IMG/VR virus record: IMGVR_UViG_3300010296_000008
Coordinates: 1 to 60,968 of that record
DNA length: 60,968 bases
Source of the DNA: a virus
Taxonomy: Duplodnaviria; Caudoviricetes
Strand: one strand, 5' to 3'
The notes below the pieces were generated by a model. That model was not told the DNA's origin. It saw only the letters and a program-made list of their open reading frames with translations, and made no database searches. Position 1 is the first letter of the stretch. The number at the start of each line of letters is the position of its first letter. The position numbers were made by a program, and so were the translations under genes. This document shows positions 56,308 to 60,968 of the stretch, piece after piece.

Positions 56308-59300
56308 ATGCCATTATTCGCAGCGAAAGGAATGATGTCGTCTGGTGGCGGCGGAAATTTCTACACCATTGCAGAGTCTAAGCGCACCACATTAGACAAC
56401 TCCAGTTATAGACAACCAACTGGTATGTTTGATGTCGCAACTTCATCTTCTGGTGAAGTGTATACATTAAACGGCGAGAGAAATATTCTCACTGGATTAT
56501 ACAATGCTGTTATTGCTAAGATTGGTGCTATCGGTGCTATATCTTGGCAGTACACTCTTTCTGCTGCGAAGAATGTCTATCCTTGCGCACTAGCTTGTAA
56601 CACCAACGATAATAGTATTTTCGTCTGTTTGATGGAAACTACTATTGAAAATGGTGCCAACAACTATAATATGAAGCGTTTCAACTACGCTAATACTGGT
56701 TGGAATGATTCAACAAACGATGCCGTTTACCATTTTATTAAGTTCAGTTCTTCTGGCACAAGAGTTTGGGAAAACATTTGGAACTCTTCCAATCCTATAA
56801 GTTATCCTGCAGCGATTAATAGGATTAATTCTACTGGTATTATTCAACACGCAAACGTTTTTGAAAACAGAGAAGAATCTGCTAGTAGTTTCAGAATGCA
56901 CCTGACAGGTGCACCTGACCTCAAGATTACTAAAACAGCATCGCACCGAGGGCAAACGTTTAGTGGTACTGCGCCATACTTAGCAACCAATAGTGCTGTC
57001 GAAGGACCTACTAATACTCTCAACACTGATATCCACAGAACTTTAGATACAGATTTTACTGGTGAGAATTCTGTAGAAGCATATGCATTAGATGGTCCTG
57101 CATTTGGTGGTCGCCCGCAGTCAACATCTAACATTGTTATTGATTATGATAATGAGCTGTTTTATATTTTGGTAGCAGGTAATGCTACTGCTGCAGATAT
57201 GTCACAGTCTCGCAGCACAATGCAAGCGATCCAAATTCCTTTCTCTGGAGTTTCGGTTCAAGCTAAAGAATTAGTTTACCCTGGTGGATGGGACCAGAAC
57301 GCAAAGATTTCTCTGGATAGAGCTGGTGATCTGCTTGTTCCTTGGACTGGTACAAACAAAGAAGAAAATTATCTCGGTGCAGCTTACTCCCCGACCAATT
57401 ATAATTTCTTTGATACAGGTAGTAGTGCAAACAACATCTATACTGGAAATACTGGAACATTCCTTAGAATAGATTGGAATGCTAATGATTATGACCTGAC
57501 ATATTACAGTAAAACTGATACTGCACCTTGTAAAATCTGTAAGGTTGAACCAGAACCTCTTGCAGAAGGTACACTTTATGAATATGTGACCAGCGCTGGT
57601 CTTACACCTACTCCTGGCGCTACACTTGGCGGTAGAACAGCAGATAGACAGAATTCTTCTGCTCTTGTTCCCCCACAAATGGGTAGATATTCTAACTTTG
57701 TGCAGCTGCACAAGAAGAACATTGCCAGCAATGCATTAGATTGGGTCAGAACGTTCTTTGCAGTTCCTAGGGCAAGCACTAGGGATATGAACAACTATTT
57801 TAATAATGGTAGTGTCAGTGATAAGATCGGTGGTGTGCACACAGCTGATATCCACGTTTCGGACAGTAAAGTATTTGCAAATGGCATCTATTATATTGGT
57901 AATGTTCTTCTCCCGAACGAGGGTCCTAATGTTGATGTGAAGAACGCTGGAGTATATGATACGACGTTATCTTACATTGGTTTTATTGCTAAAGTTAAGT
58001 TTGACGGTACAGTTGATTACATTCGTGAGATCAGAGCTCTGAAAACTATTGATAACGCGAATACTCCCACCAGCAAACCAAAGTATTTGTATGAACCTCA
58101 AGATGATGGTGGTGTGCTGTTAGATAGCATTAACTTCGATGCTTTCAATAATATGATTGTTACTGCTAGAAATGTCTCGGAGCAGTATAAAGGTACAACT
58201 GGCAATTTCATTGATAACGTTATTTTCAAATTACCCCACAATGGTGATTTGATTGGTCCTATTCTTATTGAGGATGCATACAATCAAGTCACAAAGAGAT
58301 TCTCTTACACTCCTGCTTCTACCGTTAGATGTTGGGAGGAAGTGACTCGTGATACTACTATTACAAATAGTGGTAATATTGAAAGATATAAACTCTTGAG
58401 ATGTTGTGCTCTTTGGAATACAGGTAGTTCTAATGTAGATCCCACTATACTTGGTGGTGTGTCTACACAGGCTGGATATAATAATTGGATGGCAGCTGGT
58501 ACCAGAATGGTAACTCTGGACACAGGCACATACAGTGGTAGATTCCTGTGGCAAGCACCAACAACAGCTCTGCAACTTGATCCTACTACGAATAGACAAT
58601 TCGATCGTGCTAGTCGTAGAGGTTCTTCCTCTATTTTCTTACAAACATACGAGGAAACTGATTCTGCTAGCAGAATTGAAGCAATCAAGTCCTGTCCTGG
58701 TTATGTGTATGCTAATCAAGAAGTCAATACAGATAATGCTAAGATTGACTTTGATGTTGCTAGTGCTTTGGGTGTAATTCCCAAGTCTACAGCTGAGGGT
58801 GATATTCTCGATGCTCACGAAATCGAAGGGCAAGAACATCCCAATGCACTGATTACCATCTCGCAGTATTGGGATGGCGATCTTGGATTACGTCAACAAC
58901 TGTTAACACGCCATAGTCCCACTGGTGGTGTTGAAGCTCGTTTATATGATACAGGACACAATACATATCCAAAAGATGTTTGTGTTGATGAGGTTGGCAA
59001 CATTTACGCAGTTGGTTGGACTGCTGATACCTTAGGTGGCAATGCATTTGGTTGTGGTTATGTTACCTGTTACGATAAAGATCTAGTTTATCAGTGGGAT
59101 TATCAGTATGTGATTACCAATGCAGCTGCACTTGACGATGCTGCTCCAAACTTCCAAATTCATTGTTGCGCAGTTACTTGCGACACTGCAAATACCGCAA
59201 AACTATTTGTTGGCGGGCATTATACCCGCACACTTACAGGTACAAACACACAAGTTGGAGCAATTAGTTGCATTCCCCTCAGTCTTTCTGGCAGTGGAGC

Positions 59301-60507
59301 ACCAACAGTTGTTGGATCATCTGTAGTCAATTCAACTATTCAAATTGGTGGAACTCAGAGTGGTAATGCTACCGATGGTATCTTTGGACTTGATGTTGTT
59401 CAGTCTGAGTCTACAGATATCTTCGTTGGATATGCTGGCACCACATATGACACTACTGGTGCAACAGTGCGTGGTATGTATGGTGTTGTGGAATATAATG
59501 CATTGACAGTTCAAGCATCTGCTGGGGATGGTTGGGCATATATTACTGGCGACGATTTGAGATTGTCGTCATTCAGCTTCTGTAAAGGTGTTGATGGTTT
59601 CATCAAAGGTACCACTTCTGATGTTGGTATGAAGTTTGCTGTTGGTGGTGATGAAACTCAGGCTGGTGATACTAATGGTGTTGTGATTATTGCCAATGTT
59701 GAAAAAAGCGGTGGAACTAAAACAACCAGTGATGCACCAGTTTCTACTACTCAGTTTATTATCAATAATGGTAATGGTGCTGATATTGTTAGAGATCTGA
59801 GATGGGGATTTGCTGAAACTCCTGGAATTCAGAAGTATACTTGGAATTCTGGTACTTCTACACGTATCGACTACAGACCCAGCGCATCGGTTGTTGACAC
59901 TGATGCAATCAATACTTTCTACTCTCAGGGTTCTTATGAAGATAGATTGTATGTTGTCGCATCTGTGACAAACCAATTCTCTCAGATTGATAGCTATGTG
60001 ATAGAAGTCACCTCTGCATCTCTACCTGATAGAACTGGTGGTAATTTCAGAACTCCTGATGCTGCTAACCTCACACGTGCGGGTAAGATCAGCACATCTG
60101 GCATCACTCAACCAGCTGGCGTCTGTGTGCTTGGACCTAATTACGGAACGATAATGATTTCCTCCACATCTGCCAACTCTGGTTCACCTAATGATCGTCA
60201 ATTGTTGACAGCTAAAGTTCCTCTTGATATGTCTAAGAAAAATAGTGCATATACTGAGGTTGGATCGCAGTTTGTATATTGGGATGAACCCGATTTCTCC
60301 TTGAGTATCACTGCTAAATCTATATTCTCCATTGAGCTTGATCAGTTGAGTACGTTATCGTACTATGATGGATCTCGATTCTATTGGGGTATTACTGGTG
60401 CTATTCCTGGTTGGAGCACATATGCTGGCAACGCTTATTCCAATGTCGATAACGTTGGGTCTTTTGTTGTTCGTACGAAGGACTTGCAGCAGTACAAGCA
60501 GTCGTGA
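56308..60507 (+). CDS. Large beta-rich (propeller-like) putative receptor-binding protein
   Basis: 1399 aa; repeats such as VD..GNIY.VG and AK....G...W; MPLFAAKG..SSGG start. Confidence 0.65.
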   Translation: MPLFAAKGMMSSGGGGNFYTIAESKRTTLDNSSYRQPTGMFDVATSSSGEVYTLNGERNILTGLYNAVIAKIGAIGAISWQYTLSAAKNVYPCALACNTNDNSIFVCLMETTIENGANNYNMKRFNYANTGWNDSTNDAVYHFIKFSSSGTRVWENIWNSSNPISYPAAINRINSTGIIQHANVFENREESASSFRMHLTGAPDLKITKTASHRGQTFSGTAPYLATNSAVEGPTNTLNTDIHRTLDTDFTGENSVEAYALDGPAFGGRPQSTSNIVIDYDNELFYILVAGNATAADMSQSRSTMQAIQIPFSGVSVQAKELVYPGGWDQNAKISLDRAGDLLVPWTGTNKEENYLGAAYSPTNYNFFDTGSSANNIYTGNTGTFLRIDWNANDYDLTYYSKTDTAPCKICKVEPEPLAEGTLYEYVTSAGLTPTPGATLGGRTADRQNSSALVPPQMGRYSNFVQLHKKNIASNALDWVRTFFAVPRASTRDMNNYFNNGSVSDKIGGVHTADIHVSDSKVFANGIYYIGNVLLPNEGPNVDVKNAGVYDTTLSYIGFIAKVKFDGTVDYIREIRALKTIDNANTPTSKPKYLYEPQDDGGVLLDSINFDAFNNMIVTARNVSEQYKGTTGNFIDNVIFKLPHNGDLIGPILIEDAYNQVTKRFSYTPASTVRCWEEVTRDTTITNSGNIERYKLLRCCALWNTGSSNVDPTILGGVSTQAGYNNWMAAGTRMVTLDTGTYSGRFLWQAPTTALQLDPTTNRQFDRASRRGSSSIFLQTYEETDSASRIEAIKSCPGYVYANQEVNTDNAKIDFDVASALGVIPKSTAEGDILDAHEIEGQEHPNALITISQYWDGDLGLRQQLLTRHSPTGGVEARLYDTGHNTYPKDVCVDEVGNIYAVGWTADTLGGNAFGCGYVTCYDKDLVYQWDYQYVITNAAALDDAAPNFQIHCCAVTCDTANTAKLFVGGHYTRTLTGTNTQVGAISCIPLSLSGSGAPTVVGSSVVNSTIQIGGTQSGNATDGIFGLDVVQSESTDIFVGYAGTTYDTTGATVRGMYGVVEYNALTVQASAGDGWAYITGDDLRLSSFSFCKGVDGFIKGTTSDVGMKFAVGGDETQAGDTNGVVIIANVEKSGGTKTTSDAPVSTTQFIINNGNGADIVRDLRWGFAETPGIQKYTWNSGTSTRIDYRPSASVVDTDAINTFYSQGSYEDRLYVVASVTNQFSQIDSYVIEVTSASLPDRTGGNFRTPDAANLTRAGKISTSGITQPAGVCVLGPNYGTIMISSTSANSGSPNDRQLLTAKVPLDMSKKNSAYTEVGSQFVYWDEPDFSLSITAKSIFSIELDQLSTLSYYDGSRFYWGITGAIPGWSTYAGNAYSNVDNVGSFVVRTKDLQQYKQS

Positions 60508-60536
60508 TATAATGTGTCCGTTGTTGCAACGACTCA

Positions 60537-60797
60537 ATGGGCGCTCACTCGATTCCCAATTTTGACCGAGATCCAGTTTTTGAACTGAATAAACCACGTG
60601 ATGTGTCACTGACACTAGAAGAACGTGGTTATTTGAAGGAAATGATCCTAACATATAAGAATATGTTCAGTGAGCAAATGACTTCAATGAAGTTTGGTCG
60701 ATCTACTGATATGCAGAAAGCGCAAGCTTATCGTGAGAAGCAACTATTCTATGCTTCCTGCATTATGGAGAAACTGAAACTCGCTGACAGTTATTAA
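60537..60797 (+). CDS. Hypothetical protein
   Basis: 86 aa ORF downstream of TGATATAAT (60505-60513). Confidence 0.65.
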   Translation: MGAHSIPNFDRDPVFELNKPRDVSLTLEERGYLKEMILTYKNMFSEQMTSMKFGRSTDMQKAQAYREKQLFYASCIMEKLKLADSY

Positions 60798-60806
60798 ACT
60801 GTCCAC

Positions 60807-60831
60807 CACCCTCCACGAGGAGGGTGTTTTT
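60807..60831 (+). terminator. Intrinsic terminator
   Basis: CACCCTCC-acga-GGAGGGTG hairpin followed by TTTTT. Confidence 0.85.
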
Positions 60832-60840
60832 GTGTATAAT
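60831..60840 (+). promoter_or_regulatory. Early-type -10 promoter
   Basis: TGTGTATAAT directly after the terminator. Confidence 0.65.
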
Positions 60841-60861
60841 ACATTCATTCGCGATGCACCT

Positions 60862-60968
60862 GTGACCCAAGGCACTCTTCCTCCCCGCCATACGCTCAGC
60901 GTTAAGGATGCTGCAGCGCTCGAACCATTCTATCGCGCCCAGCGCCCTCACGGTGACGTTCTGACGTG
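60862..60968 (+). CDS. Hypothetical protein, 5' partial
   Basis: GTG-start frame (MTQGTLPPRHTLSVKD...) open to the window end, downstream of the promoter. Confidence 0.45.
   Translation, partial: MTQGTLPPRHTLSVKDAAALEPFYRAQRPHGDVLT

Noticed and set aside
28792-60507. Diversity-generating retroelement acting on the fibres
   Set aside because: No reverse transcriptase or adenine-variable repeat pair noticed by eye
60787-60802. LexA SOS box
   Set aside because: Half-sites are in the opposite order (ACAG-N8-CTGT) to the proteobacterial box, and the cyanobacterial LexA box differs

Overview
This is a 61-kb segment of a T4-like marine cyanomyovirus (Kyanoviridae-like, infecting Synechococcus/Prochlorococcus). 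The call rests on the psbD 3' end, CP12, phoH, thyX, T4 core genes (gp33, gp32, gp53, gp48, gp2, gp4, gp54-like, gp26, gp51, gp5), six tRNAs and ATAAATA late promoters. The left part (1-9.9 kb) carries auxiliary metabolic, nucleotide and replication genes. The middle (9.9-25 kb) is the baseplate/head-completion cluster with CP12 inserted. 25-28.7 kb is a tRNA-flanked accessory patch, and 28.8-60.5 kb is a tail-fibre/virion-appendage island with six 2OG-Fe(II) oxygenases spread across the window. Two signals stand out. (1) A nitrogen-sensing cassette at 1381-1923: an NtcA-type box, a promoter, a tandem glutamine riboswitch whose fold appears to enclose an entire 64-codon ORF, a DUF4278/YRG peptide gene and a terminator. 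(2) A 3228-aa protein combining an intact subtilisin triad with YHYH domains into which type-1-copper-like cupredoxin modules are nested. All calls come from reading motifs by eye; no searches were run.
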